Below are positions 44,401 through 57,810 of a stretch of DNA of 64,000 nucleotides, in pieces; the first letter of the stretch is position 1; every line of letters begins with the position of its first letter. Origin of the DNA: Bolinopsis microptera (lineage: Eukaryota); NCBI RefSeq assembly GCF_026151205.1, contig NC_087080.1:4938797-5002796 (forward strand). Direction: 5' to 3'. Both the position numbers and the translations under genes were made by a program. Below the pieces are notes generated by a model that saw nothing but the letters and a program-made list of their open reading frames with translations, did not search any database and was not told the DNA's origin.

Positions 44401-47400
44401 GTCAAATTTGTGTTCAGAAAATTTCATATTTGAAAATGGGACAGAAGTTTGAAAATACAACTTTTCGTTTTGTTAACCTTTCTGCTGTGAGCTTCCTCCG
44501 ACCGAGATCAAACTTCCAGCACCTCAATCGTGTCATATGCCATCTATAGTTGACCAACTAATTGGTTGTGGGTGAAAAAATCAGTCAAAACTGTAAAATT
44601 TCGGTCCTGGAAATTTCATCTTCAAAAACTGAAAATGGGACAGAGATTGGGACAATATGATTTTGCAATTTTAATCGGGATTTTGACTCCCAGTACCTCA
44701 ATTTGGTTTCATACCATCACCAATTAACAGACTAATTGGTATTTGGGCAAAAATTCCATCCAATCTGTCAAATTTGTGTTCAGAAAATTTCATATTTGAA
44801 AATGGGACAGAAGTTTGAAAATACAACTTTTCGTTTTGTTAACCTTTCTGCTGTGAGCTTCCTCCGACCGAGATCAAACTTCCAGCACCTCAATCGTGTC
44901 ATATGCCATCTATAGTTGACCGACTAATTGGTTGTGGGTGAAAAATGAGTCAAAGCTGTAAAATTTTGGTCCTGGAAATTTCATCTTCAAAAACTGAAAA
45001 TGGGACAGAGATTGGGACAATATGATTTTGCAATTTTATTCGGGATTTTGACTCCCAGTACCTCAATTTGGTTTCATACCATCACCAATTAACAGACTAA
45101 TTGGTATTTGTGCAAAAATTCCATCCAATCTGTCAAATTTGTGTTCAGAAAATTTCATATTTGAAAATGGGACAGAAGTTTGAAAATACAACTTTTCGTT
45201 TTGTTAACCTTTCTGCTGTGAGCTTCCTCCGATCGAGATCAAACTTCCAGCACCTCAATCGTGTCATATGCCATCTATAGTTGACCGACTAATTGGTTGC
45301 GGGTGAAAAAATCAGTCAAAACTGTAAAATTTCGGTCCTGGAAATTTCATCTTCAAAAACTGAAAATGGGACAGAGATTGGGACAATATGATTTTGCAAT
45401 TTTATTCGGGATTTTGACTCCCAGTACCTCAATTTGGTTTCATACCATCACCAATTAACAGACTAATTGGTATTTGGGCAAAAATTCCATCCAGTCTGTC
45501 AAATTTGTGTTCAGAAAATTTCATATTTGAAAATGGGACAGAAGTTTGAAAATACAACTTTTCGTTTTGTTAACCTTTCTGCGGTGAGCTTCCTCCGACC
45601 GAGATCAAACTTCCAGCACCTCAATCGTGTCATATGCCATCTATAGTTGACCGACTAATTGGTTGCGGGTGAAAAAATCAGTCAAACTGTAAAATGTCGG
45701 TCCTGGAAACTTCATCTTCAAAAACTGAAAATGGGACAGAGATTGGGACAATATGATTTTGCAATTTTATTCGGGATTTTGACTCCCAGTACCTCAATTT
45801 GGTTTCATACCATCACCAATTAACAGATTAATTGGTATTTGGGCAAAAATTCCACCCAGTCTGTCAAATTTGTGTTCAGAAAATTTCATATTTGAAAATG
45901 GGACAGAAGTTTGAAAATACAACTTTTCGTTTTGTTAACCTTTCTGCTGTGAGCTTCCTCCGATCGAGATCAAACTTCCAGCACCTCAATCGTGTCATAT
46001 GCCATCTATAGTTGACCAACTAATTGGTTGTGGGTAAAAAAATCAGTCAAAACTGTAAAATTTCGGTCCTGGAAATTTGATCTTCAAAAACTGAAAATGG
46101 GACAGAGATTGGGACAATATGATTTTGCAATTTTATTCGGGATTTTGACTCCCAGTACCTCAATTTGGTTTCATACCATCACCAATTAACAGACTAATTG
46201 GTATTTGTGCAAAAATTCCATCCAATCTGTCAAATTTGTGTTCAGAAAATTTCATATTTGAAAATGGGACAGAAGTTTGAAAATACAACTTTTCGTTTTG
46301 TTAACCTTTCTGCTGTGAGCTTCCTCCGACCGAGATCAAACTTCCAGCACCTCAATCGTGTCATATGCCATCTATAGTTGACCAACTAATTGGTTGTGGG
46401 TGATAAAATCAGTCAAAACTGTAAAATTTCGGTCCTGGAAATTTCATCTTCAAAAACTGAAAATGGGACAGAGATTGGGACAATATGATTTTGCAATTTT
46501 AATCGGGATTTTGACTCCCAGTACCTCAATTTCGTTTCATACCATCACCAATTAACAGACTAATTGGTATTTGGGCAAAAATTCCATCCAATCTGTCAAA
46601 TTTGTGTTCAGAAAATTTCATATTAGGAAATGGGACAGAAGTTTGAAAATACAACTTTTCGTTTTGTTAACCTTTCTGCTGTGAGCTTCCTCCGATCGAG
46701 ATCAAACTTCCAGCACCTCAATCGTGTCATATGCCATCTATAGTTGACCAACTAATTGGTTGTGGGTAAAAAATCAGTCAAAACTGTAAAATTTCGGTCC
46801 TGGAAATTTCATCTTCAAAAACTGAAAATGGGACAGAGATTGGGACAATATGATTTTGCAATTTTATTCGGGATTTTGACTCCCAGTACCTCAATTTGGT
46901 TTCATACCATCACCAATTAACAGACTAATTGGTATTTGTGCAAAAATTCCATCCAATCTGTCAAATTTGTGTTCAGAAAATTTCATATTTGAAAATGGGA
47001 CAGAAGTTTGAAAATACAACTTTTCGTTTTGTTAACCTTTCTGCTGTGAGCTTCCTCCGATCGAGATCAAACTTCCAGCACCTCAATCGTGTCATATGCC
47101 ATCTATAGTTGACCAACTAATTGGTTGTGGGTGATAAAATCAGTCAAAACTGTAAAATTTCGGTCCTGGAAATTTGATCTTCAAAAACTGAAAATGGGAC
47201 AGAGATTGGGACAATATGATTTTGCAATTTTATTCGGGATTTTGACTCCCAGTACCTCAATTTGGTTTCATACCATCACCGATTAACAGATTAATTGGTA
47301 TTTGGGCAAAAATTCCATCCAGTCTGTCAAATTTGTGTTCAGAAAATTTCATATTTGAAAATGGGACAGAAGTTTGAAAATACAACTTTTCGTTTTGTTA

Positions 47401-50400
47401 ACCTTTCTGCGGTGAGCTTCCTCCGACCGAGATCAAACTTCCAGCACCTCAATCGTGTCATATGCCATCTATAGTTGACCGACTAATTGGTTGCGGGTGA
47501 AAAAATCAGTCAAACTGTAAAATGTCGGTCCTGGAAACTTCATCTTCAAAAACTGAAAATGGGACAGAGATTGGGACAATATGATTTTGCAATTTTATTC
47601 GGGATTTTGACTCCCAGTACCTCAATTTGGTTTCATACCATCACCAATTAACAGATTAATTGGTATTTGGGCAAAAATTCCACCCAGTCTGTCAAATTTG
47701 TGTTCAGAAAATTTCATATTTGAAAATGGGACAGAAGTTTGAAAATACAACTTTTCGTTTTGTTAACCTTTCTGCTGTGAGCTTCCTCCGATCGAGATCA
47801 AACTTCCAGCACCTCAATCGTGTCATATGCCATCTATAGTTGACCAACTAATTGGTTGTGGGTAAAAAAATCAGTCAAAACTGTAAAATTTCGGTCCTGG
47901 AAATTTGATCTTCAAAAACTGAAAATGGGACAGAGATTGGGACAATATGATTTTGCAATTTTATTCGGGATTTTGACTCCCAGTACCTCAATTTGGTTTC
48001 ATACCATCACCGATTAACAGATTAATTGGTATTTGGGCAAAAATTCCATCCAGTCTGTCAAATTTGTGTTCAGAAAATTTCATATTTGAAAATGGGACAG
48101 AAGTTTGAAAATACAACTTTTCGTTTTGTTAACCTTTCTGCTGTGAGCTTCCTCCGACCGAGATCAAACTTCCAGCACCTCAATCGTGCCATATGCCATC
48201 TATAGTTGACCGACTAATTTGTTGCGGGTGAAAAAATCAGTCAAAACTGTAAAATTTCGGTCCTGGAAATTTCATCTTCAAAAACTGAAAATGGGGCAGA
48301 GATTGGGACAATATGATTTTGCAATTTTAATCGGGATTTTGACTCCCAGTACCTCAATTTGGTTTCATACCATCACCAATTAACAGATTAATTGGTATTT
48401 GGGCAAAAATTCCACCCAGTCTGTCAAATTTGTGTTCAGAAAATTTCATATTTGAAAATGGGACAGAAGTTTGAAAATACAACTTTTCGTTTTGTTAACC
48501 TTTCTGCTGTGAGCTTCCTCCGATCGAGATCAAACTTCCAGCACCTCAATCGTGTCATATGCCATCTATAGTTGACCAACTAATTGGTTGTGGGTGAAAA
48601 AAATCAGTCAAAACTGTAAAATTTCGGTCCTGGAAATTTCATCTTCAAAAACTGAAAATGGGACAGAGATTGGGACAATATGATTTTGCAATTTTATTCG
48701 GGATTTTGACTCCCAGTACCTCAATTTGGTTTCATACCATCACCGATTAACAGATTAATTGGTATTTGGGCAAAAATTCCATCCAGTCTGTCAAATTTGT
48801 GTTCAGAAAATTTCATATTTGAAAATGGGACAGAAGTTTGAAAATACAACTTTTCGTTTTGTTAACTTTTCTGCGGTGAGCTTCCTCCGACCGAGATCAA
48901 ACTTCCAGCACCTCAATCGTGTCATATGCCATCTATAGTTGACCGACTAATTGGTTGCGGGTGAAAAATCAGTCAAAACTGTAAAATGTCGGTCCTGGAA
49001 ACTTCATCTTCAAAAACTGAAAATGGGACAGAGATTGGGACAATATGATTTTGCAATTTTATTCGGGATTTTGACTCCCAGTACCTCAATTTGGTTTCAT
49101 ACCATCACCAATTAACAGATTAATTGGTATTTGGGCAAAAATTCCACCCAGTCTGTCAAATTTGTGTTCAGAAAATTTCATATTTGAAAATGGGACAGAA
49201 GTTTGAAAATACAACTTTTCGTTTTGTTAACCTTTCTGCTGTGAGCTTCCTCAGAACGAGATCAAACTTCCAGCACCTCAATCGTGCCATATGCCATCTA
49301 TAGTTGACCGACTAATTTGTTGCGGGTGAAAAAATCAGTCAAAACTGTAAAATTTCGGTCCTGGAAATTTCATCTTCAAAAACTGAAAATGGGGCAGAGA
49401 TTGGGACAATATGATTTTGCAATTTTATTCGGGATTTTGACTCCCAGTACCTCAATTTGGTTTCATACCATCACCAATTAACAGACTAATTGGTATTTGT
49501 GCAAAAATTCCATCCAATCTGTCAAATTTGTGTTCAGAAAATTTCATATTTGAAAATGGGACAGAAGTTTGAAAATACAACTTTTCGTGTTGTTAACCTT
49601 TCTGCTGTGAGCTTCCTCCGACCGAGATCAAACTTCCAGCACCTCAATCGTGTCATATGCCATCTATAGTTGACCGACTAATTGGTTGCGGGTGAAAAAA
49701 TCAGTCAAAACTGTAAAATTTCGGTCCTGGAAACTTCATCTTCAAAAACTGAAAATGGGACAGAGATTGGGACAATATGATTTTGCAATTTTATTCGGGA
49801 TTTTGACTCCCAGTACCTCAATTTGGTTTCATACCATCACCAATTAACAGATTAATTGGTATTTGGGCAAAAATTCCTTCCAATCTGTCAAATTTGTGTT
49901 CAGAAAATTTCATATTTGAAAATGGGACAGAAGTTTGAAAATAAAACTTTTCGTTTTGTTAACCTTTCTGCTTTGAACTTCCTCCGACCGAGATCAAACT
50001 TCCAGCACCTCAATCGTGTCATATGCCATCTATAGTTGACCGACTAATTGGTTGCGGGTGAAAAAATCAGTCAAAACTGTAAAATTTCGGTCCTGGAAAT
50101 TTCATCTTCAAAAACTGAAAATGGGGCAGAGATTGGGACAATATGATTTTGCAATTTTATTCGGGATTTTGACTCCCAGTACCTCAATTTGGTTTCATAC
50201 CATCACCAATTAACAGATTAATTGGTATTTGGGCAAAAATTCCACCCAGTCTGTCAAATTTGTGTTCAGAAAATTTCATATTTGAAAATGGGACAGAAGT
50301 TTGAAAATACAACTTTTCGTTTTGTTAACCTTTCTGCTGTGAGCTTCCTCAGAACGAGATCAAACTTCCAGCACCTCAATCGTGCCATATGCCATCTATA

Positions 50401-50600
50401 GTTGACCGACTAATTTGTTGCGGGTGAAAAAATCAGTCAAAACTGTAAAATTTCGGTCCTGGAAATTTCATCTTCAAAAACTGAAAATGGGGCAAAGATT
50501 GGGACAATATGATTTTGCAATTTTATTCGGGATTTTGACTCCCAGTACCTCAATTTGGTTTCATACCATCACCAATTAACATACTAATTATATTCACTGT
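41495..50600. repeat. Higher-order satellite DNA, ~25 tandem copies of a 366-bp unit made of two diverged ~183-bp monomers (A/B dimer)
   Basis: The landmark gaaaatgggacagaagtttg recurs at 41505, 41871, 42237 and 42603 (period 366). Half-units A (gaaaatgggacagaagtttgaaaatacaac...) and B (gaaaatgggacagagattgggacaatatg...) share conserved blocks. Unit variants (ccgaccgag / ccgatcgag / cagaacgag; gtgtcat / gtgccat) indicate subfamilies. Confidence 0.95.
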
Positions 50601-51830
50601 ACTGTACTAATTGGTCGCTGGGCAAAAGTGCTTCCAATAGTGCGCGTGCGCGCTCGCCCGGTCTACGTAATCGAGTGCTGATATTACTGAAAAAAATGTG
50701 TGTCGCTCGCGGCCAGGACTAGAAGCATGTTCCAGACATATTCTTAGAAGAGCTGTATCGATATTGACTATTTATAGTAAGTACTAATTTTGTTGTTCTG
50801 CCGGCCTTGAAATATATCCGACTCTGCTGTCTTCTCTTTTAACAAGAAACTGTCCTCTATTTTAGTGTGAAAATACCCGACTATGTTGTTGTTCTGTTGT
50901 TGTTTTATCTAACACCATCGCGATTAGGGGCTAAAAAGTGATCACTTAACGTATGTGAACAACCCCTTACTCAATACTCACCCAATCAACATCGGCCACT
51001 AAATGATAATAATAAAAAAAATTGTACTACTTTTTAGTTTCAAAATTACAATGAAATTACTATTACATACTAATTGAGTATTATATCATACTTTTATATA
51101 CACCATTCCACAATCAAAAAAAGACTGGTAAAAATCAAACTATTAACTACGCTATAGTCTAAACATCCGATCCTAAAACGATATCAGAAAAGATAAAAGA
51201 TGAAAAATTGAAGTAATTTGCAACCCCCGAAAAGATTAAATGTTATGTTTTATCTAGAATTTAAATTCCCAGAAAACAGAAAAATTGAATTTCATGAATA
51301 CCTCAAAACTTTAGCTGTGGAAAATAAATGGACAATTTTGTATTTTAAAACTGAGTTCTGATAATATATCGTATATGATTATTTAATACATTGATTAGTG
51401 ACGAAGAAGTAGGAGCTTGGAAAGTGGCACACTTGGCTTTGTGAAATGTTTCCGTTTTAACTCAACCTGAAAACAATGAATATCGTTTAGTAAATCCTGT
51501 AATACATGTTGTACTTTATAAAGTACCTATATATACGATTATAACTTACTAAGTAATATCACGACTTAATACTTCAATTATTTAACTAATAACACCGAAG
51601 ATGATGTTAGATAAATAAGTTTAAGTTTGATTATTGTCCTAATTGCACTACAAGATATGGAAATTGTTGTATCATCCATCTGCAGAACATTATACTAGGA
51701 ATCAAAGAGTGCGATCAGTGAAAACAACGGCACTGCTACTAACACAAGTGCAGTTTTATAATAACTTTAACAGTGAAAACTTTTGATAATAAAGTGGCTG
51801 TTTAACTTCAGTGGATAATGGAATGAAGCT

Positions 51831-51854
51831 CTAAATTTCAACGTATGATTTCAT
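51831..51854 (-). CDS. Unidentified gene, tentative terminal micro-exon (MKSYVEI*)
   Basis: Acceptor gttttaaacatcag|ATG in phase 0 after exon 5, then stop TAG at 51831. This is tentative. Confidence 0.2.
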   Translation of the reverse strand: MKSYVEI

Positions 51855-52018
51855 CTGATGTTTAAAACAATTACATCTGACAAGCATAGTCATAACACGA
51901 ATTACATATTTATAGTGGTTATATGCACTACGTATCACAATTATCATCTCTAAGTGCATGCCAATGATCATGTTTATAACGAAATAATAAGTTGAAAAAA
52001 ATCTGAATAAGTGACTAC

Positions 52019-52174
52019 CTCGACCACATTGATAGGAAGATGAGAGGTGCACTTTAGCCGGGAATACTGGGATATAGCGACTATAGCCATCCTGTCAGCT
52101 TTAGTAGCAGCAGACATTACTGCTACACTGTTGTACCCCATATCACTAACTATACTGTAGATATCTTCCTCGAA
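52019..52174 (-). CDS. Unidentified gene, exon 5
   Basis: Acceptor tcacttcag|TTC and donor GAG|GTAGTC. It has 52 codons: FEEDIYSIVSDMGYNSVAVMSAATKADRMAIVAISQYSRLKCTSHLPINVVE. Confidence 0.5.
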
Positions 52175-52475
52175 CTGAAGTGAGTCAATAATAAGTAAAG
52201 ATGGTGCAATTGCTTTTATAAGTAGAAGCAGTCATGAAGTCGAGTAGAATATGTGGGGGTCCATATTTATTTGGATTACCTCCACCTGAAATTCAGGCGG
52301 AAGTAATCCAATATACATTATACATGTCATCTGATTCGAACTGAAATATTCGAGGTTCTGGAAACATAATTTGAATACTTCCAAGTTTAACAAATATAAC
52401 TCAGCTAATTTCAAGCATCTAATTATCATAGTCCAAGCATCTAATTATCATAAGTCGTTCAGTGCTCACTATTAC

Positions 52476-52578
52476 CTGTTTGATCGTTTTACAAGATACG
52501 TTTTCAAGCTCAGCTCGGATTGATTTGGATATCTTCTTGTACCTCGACTTGCTTTCAGCCTCTGGACCCACAGACAGC
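52476..52578 (-). CDS. Unidentified gene, exon 4
   Basis: Acceptor atatcttttag|G and donor CAG|GTAATA. The phase is consistent: AT+G gives Met, then LSVGPEAESKSRYKKISKSIRAELENVSCKTIKQ. Confidence 0.55.
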
Positions 52579-52779
52579 CTAAAAGATATGGTACATAATT
52601 AGCTGTAAGATAATGTACATCAGCAATTAAGGAACTTAATAAAATGGCAGTACATTGAAGATACATCATGCATTAGTATTTATTCATTAGCTGATCACGT
52701 GTCAATTTCAAGGATAGTGTATACAAGTATTAAATAACTACTACTACAACTACTACTAGAATTTGATAGTGTCACTTAC

Positions 52780-52988
52780 ATCTTATCCTGAACATCCTCA
52801 GCTGAGTCAATAAAAACCAACCAGATTTTCATCTTATCAGGATCACCGAATAGGGAGGAGAGAGGAGAATTGTGAGAGGGTGTGATGTCTTGTAACTCTG
52901 GATCAATCTGATAGGATTCACAATTTACACCCACACAGTTTCCATAAGAATTAAGAAATAATGGTCCTTTTAATTTGTGATGAGTTAT
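52780..52988 (-). CDS. Unidentified gene, exon 3
   Basis: Acceptor ttactgacag|ATA and donor AT|GTAAGTGA. It encodes ITHHKLKGPLFLNSYGNCVGVNCESYQIDPELQDITPSHNSPLSSLFGDPDKMKIWLVFIDSAEDVQDK(M). Confidence 0.5.
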
Positions 52989-53035
52989 CTGTCAGTAACT
53001 GAACACTTGTTGAAGAAAGAAGAGGGATTACAAAC

Positions 53036-53167
53036 CCCTAATTCAGAAGCTAGCTCCTTCAAGAAGATGTCGTTGCTTTTCTTACAATTGTAGATGTTTC
53101 CAGAATGGTTAAGTTTATTTCCTGGCCTTTTCTTCCTTCTCACTCTCTTCAGCACAGTGTCTATGGA
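53036..53167 (-). CDS. Unidentified gene, exon 2 (basic, NLS-like)
   Basis: Acceptor aaaatttcag|TCC and donor GGG|GTTTGT. It has 44 codons in phase 0: SIDTVLKRVRRKKRPGNKLNHSGNIYNCKKSNDIFLKELASELG. Confidence 0.5.
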
Positions 53168-53410
53168 CTGAAATTTTATTGATAGGAACTGCTACTATGC
53201 TAGATTGCTAGAAACACAATTCGATTTGAACCTTTGGAGTATAAAACATAATATTTGCAAAAAAGTGTCAATTTTCTTGTCAAACAGTTTTACTTACTTT
53301 TACAGTTAATTTACAGCAATCACGTGATCATTAAACATGATTAATTAACGAAACTTTGCACCCTTTAGCAGAATTGACTCACTAAATAGAAAAAAATGAT
53401 CAGATTGTAC

Positions 53411-53521
53411 CTGATTTTGGTGAAGATCGTCTGTGTCTGAGGACAATATCTCATTAATTCCGTTAAGCTCATTGATGGATCTAGTGATCGCATCTCTAGC
53501 ACTTTCCCTACCCACGCCCAT
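53411..53521 (-). CDS. Unidentified protein-coding gene, exon 1 (start codon)
   Basis: ATG in Kozak context cccaggccATGG, encoding MGVGRESARDAITRSINELNGINEILSSDTDDLHQNQ, then donor CAG|GTACAA. Confidence 0.45.
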
Positions 53522-53543
53522 GGCCTGGGCTCAACTTCCTTAC

Positions 53544-53553
53544 CTATATAAAC
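53544..53553 (-). promoter_or_regulatory. TATA-box-like element (minus-strand TTTATATAG) ~25 bp upstream of the ATG of the unidentified gene
   Basis: Plus strand ctatataaac. On the minus strand this reads gtttatatagGTAAGGAAGTTGAGCCCAGGCCATGG. Confidence 0.3.
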
Positions 53554-54599
53554 ACAAATTCTCGAATTACATCCGATACAAACTAGAATATAAAATTAAG
53601 ATGTTACATGGCAATACCCAATGAATCTTTAATGAAAAGTTATTTGAACTAGAATTGAATAAAAATCTAATCTTTGGAAGAAAATGAGTGATGCCAGCAC
53701 AAGGCTTGAGTACTTCTCGGGAAAATTGAGCTTCAGGTTAATTTGACAATTGACTATAAATCACCGGAGACCGCTTTTAATCGATTCAATCAAAAATATG
53801 TGTAAAAGATTGGTTTTATGATTCTAATGTATCCTCGTGGCTTGTAACTATCCCTAGCTCCAGTCACAAGACCTTGCAACTGGTTAAGATGTAGTTTACT
53901 GTTAAAGTGGTTACTGGGCCCTCAGAGCTGTAGGACAATGCCCCCACATAAGAGGTAAATGCTCAAAACACCAGTCTATAATCGATCTGGATGTTGAGTA
54001 TTCTAAACTGGCATGGTGGGAATTATGTTAAACAAAAAATTTCAATTTTATGCCATTTATTACTATTGGAAAAAACTAGATTACAAACAAATTAAATTGA
54101 TATTTAAAGGAAGCCTTCATGAAATTCCCATCTGGTGGGTCTACTGCAACAGCTCTACTTATTGCACTCCTTATTGAGTTTTTTTAAAACATTTTTAATC
54201 GCCCACGCATTGCAATAGACTATGCAGACATCAGATAAAATCAAATAATCTAAATTAATCCAAATGGACTAAGAAACTTTTCATCTGATTTAAAATGTTA
54301 CAAACTTGATCGAATTGGAAACAGTGTTTATATATTTTTTAGATCTTATTCTAAGATTTTTTAAATAATCAACTTGTTCATTTTAAAACTTATTTTTATT
54401 TAGCCTACAAATAAGAGCTTTGGTTAAATAAAGTTCTGAGTTTGCTGGCCATGATAATGAACGGGTACCTTTCAGTACACGATAGGTTAATAAATAAGTA
54501 AGCCTAAATTTTGTAAAAAACATTGTTCAGTACACATAAAAACAAAACTGTATATAATATTCTTGTTAAAACTTCTTTCGAAACATTACAAAAATAAAA

Positions 54600-55100
54600 A
54601 GTCATTTACAATACATTTAGAAATCGTATCCTTTTTTAAAACTTTGTTTGTTCATCAGATATCCATACTCTTTTAAAGGTAGTGCTGTTAACCAAGCACT
54701 TGCCCCTTTCTCAGCAGCTAGTTGGAACATCAACTTTGCCAGTGGTGTTGACTCAAGCTGCTGGCGTATTTCTGCTTGTTTTTGTAGATAGAAGAGATTC
54801 CGTTCGGTCGTTATTTCGGTTTTCACTCCTTTGCTGTGTTTCCAATCCTCTGTGTAGTTGTCTACCTGCTTGAGAATGGCTTCTTTTAGATGTTTTGTAG
54901 CTTTACAGGAGAATTTGTACTCTCGATCTGCCATGACCATCATAACTGGAATACCTAATCCTCCATATCTTGGTGGTAGAGCCATTATGTTCCTTAAATC
55001 ATCAGTGCAGCTAAACAGTCTGTTGATGATAGCTGGGATAAATTCATCACGTGTTACTTGTTCCAGAGGAGTAAGCCTATCAGCAACTTCTGGAAAATTT
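54600..55100 (-). mobile_element. Fragment of the same RLE-type LINE family as 21300-22682
   Basis: ORF 54617-54985: ALPPRYGGLGIP...LAAEKGASAWLTALPLKEYGYLMNKQSF aligns with SLPARMGGLSIPD...LSEKGASIWLSTLPLKACGYVLNKQEF in the 21344 ORF. It is truncated. Confidence 0.55.
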
Positions 55101-55210
55101 CTGATTCACTCATATGAAATAGCCAGCAAAGTTCACAACGGTTCATATCTATTCTGGAAAAGTTCAGATTCGCTCATATGAAATAGCCAGCAAAGTTCGC
55201 AACGGTTCAT
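55088..55210. repeat. Tandem duplication of a ~61-bp unit (2 copies)
   Basis: cattcactcatatgaaatagccagcaaagttcacaacggttcatatctat is repeated immediately, as ttcgctcatatgaaatagccagcaaagttcgcaacggttcatatctat. Confidence 0.8.
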
Positions 55211-55629
55211 ATCTATAATTTCCTAAGTGCGAATTATCGTCACTCCAGAGAGTAAGATTGTCTCTTTACAACTGCATGATTAACGTGCTGCCCTTATACG
55301 ATTCCTCCTTCAGATTATCAAGCATACTGTTTACTTACCTGATTACTTACCTGATAATAGGATGTGTGGATACCAACTCTTTCTTAGAAATATTCTATGC
55401 ATCCTGATAAACTTGCCTAGCTTTATTTATGCTGTTCTTTTCATCAGTCTCCTTCTGAATTTCAGCAAGATATGGTAAATAATCTCGTTTTCAGTAACAA
55501 AACAGTTTTTCTTTACTTTCACTGGCATTTGGTATTAAAAGGTTATCAAGAATCCTCGCGACTTCATTACAAAGATCTGTAATTTTTACTATTGTTACAT
55601 CAAAAGTTCATCAAACTTCGAAATCTGCA

Positions 55630-57810
55630 AGAAACGGGTTGTTTTGCCGCCTTCGGCGGTCACGCGCTACTGCAAGCGAGAGGGCTCTGATTAGAGCAAT
55701 CACGCGCACACTATCTTCCAATTAGCATCCGCACTTTTTCAGTGCCCAGTTAGTAAACTTTTGTCATACGTTGTATGACCCACCGCGTGCATGAGTGCGT
55801 GGCCCGGCGCCCCGTAGAATTAACGCTACAGGGGTAACGACAATGGGGTTTACGACGTGATATACAAGTAAACTTATAGCTATGTGAAGTTTTGTCATAC
55901 GTTGTATGACCCGCTGCGCACGAGTGCTCGGCTACACTGTATCGTAAAACATCTACAGTGAAACGACATTTGGGGTCACGACGTGATACAAACCTTGATA
56001 TGAGCCGCGCGTTCAGCATTGAACGCAGTAATTTTAATTAATATTTAAATTTCATATTCCAAGTGTTGATTGTTGTTAAAAATAAAATCTCCTGTCACTT
56101 TCACAATTTACAAAAAACAAACATAATATATGCAGGTACGCAGATAAATCCAAATTGCAAATGTTATTATTGTGATTGCACCAGCCCACATCAAATTTGT
56201 CATACGTTGTATGACCCGCCGTGCACGAGTGCGCGGCTCCCCCTGTATCGTCAGGACGATAAAGGTGAAACAACCGTGGGGGTCACAACGTGATACAACA
56301 TCAAATATGGGCGAAATTTTTATTTTAATCGATTTTATTTTCATCGTTCTGACTTTTGTATAGCATGTTTATTTGTTTTTGTTTACGAGTTTAACGGATG
56401 ATACTAATTATAAAATATTTGTTTCAAAGACCGTCGACGAGTCCAACTATGCGCGCGTTTTGGTAAGTTATAAACCTATAATTTGCAATTACGAGTAAGC
56501 TGTGGTATTAATTTGACGGATGTTACTCGTCTAAATTTCTTCGAAGTAGCGCGCGCCGCTTCCTTCTCGAAATGTTGCCCGATGGCAAGTGCTACGAAGT
56601 AGCGCGCGCCGGGCCAGATCATTAACAATGGTCAAGTATTAATTGACGATGTCAATTCATCGCAGCTTGGCGAGGCCAAGTAGCAAATCGCTTTTTCCTC
56701 ACAAACACTCGACATGAAAACAGATCTGTTCACCGTTTGTACATTTTAGTTCGATCTTCCGTCTATCTAATATTGAGAAAAGAAAATTTCGAATTTATTA
56801 CACAATCAATTATAAGGAAAACAAATTTTAGGAAAACAAATTTAAATTTTGGTATTTATTAGTAACAATCAAAACATATCATATCATAAAAATAAAGCCG
56901 CGCGTTGGTTGACTGCCTCAGTAAGGTGAATAATATAACATATAAGCTCGAAGGTGCCCTGTGCATTTACAGAAAGTCACGCGGCGATCACATGATCATG
57001 AGGACCTGTGAGCGCCAAATTTAATTTAAATTTTCTAGAAATCATACATCACTACAAGTTACTCATGCTTTTTTTAAATTTTTATAGGAGTGTAGATTGT
57101 CAGGTATTTCATTCATTCATACTTTGTCGGTTTAAAGCTGTATATTTAGAACTCACTATTGTTTAAACTATGAAAGCAGAACGTAGGTAATGGACAATAT
57201 ACCGACGACAATACCAAGGACCCGAGTGCCACAATGACTTTTCCGGATCCGTTTTTACCGAGGGCTTATCCACCAGTTACTCATGCTGCATGTATAGTCT
57301 GGTAATATTTATTCGTTTTATTCTATAGCAAGCATTCTGTAAATTGAAGTGTCGTATTTATTATAAAAGAGCCAGCCAACCTCCGCATTATAATCTTTTG
57401 TGTGCCAAGTTCGTTTGTAAAATCTTATCATATAATTGATTCACGATGTCAATCCTTCGCAGCTCGGTGAGGCACAGTGGTGCATCTCGCCGATCTACCG
57501 AAGGATTGATGCATAACAACAAGACACGCGCCAAAGACGCGCAGTTTACTGAGTGATGCCCACGATTTCTTTAAACACATTGATGTCATTATAATTTAGC
57601 GTGACCGGTGATAGTACGAGAATGGAAATGTGGTTGCGAGAAGCATTATTTGATGCGCGCGCGACCCAGTAGTGCATTGCGCTACAAATCATATAATAAA
57701 ATTGATCCAATTATATAAGATGAACGGTATATATCATAGCTCATCGTTACTGGGCCGCGCTCAGCCTGTCATTCCGCCAAATCTATATTAATGAACATAA
57801 TAGCCTGGGG
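55630..57810. repeat. Cluster 3 of GC-rich modular repeats, including 3 tandem-ish copies of a ~110-bp hairpin module (55768-55870, 55882-55990, 56196-56300) and the ~130-bp module at 56512-56640
   Basis: The module consensus is tgtcatacgttgtatgacccgccgcgcacgagtgcgcgg...tgtatcgt...gtgaaac...ggggtcacgacgtgatacaa. The start and end elements are palindromic. Copies are also present in clusters 1 and 2. Confidence 0.7.

Noticed and set aside
52040-52080. 5S-rRNA-like string gccgggaatactggg
   Set aside because: Only ~12 nt resemble the 5S 3' region (GGGAATACCGGG). The flanks do not match, and the segment lies inside a coding exon of the unidentified gene.
55300-55370. acttacctg repeated twice (resembles the U1 snRNA 5' end ATACTTACCTG)
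   Set aside because: Only the 9-nt core matches. The downstream sequence (ataataggatgtgtggatacc) has no similarity to U1 stem-loops and no Sm site, so it is a chance match.
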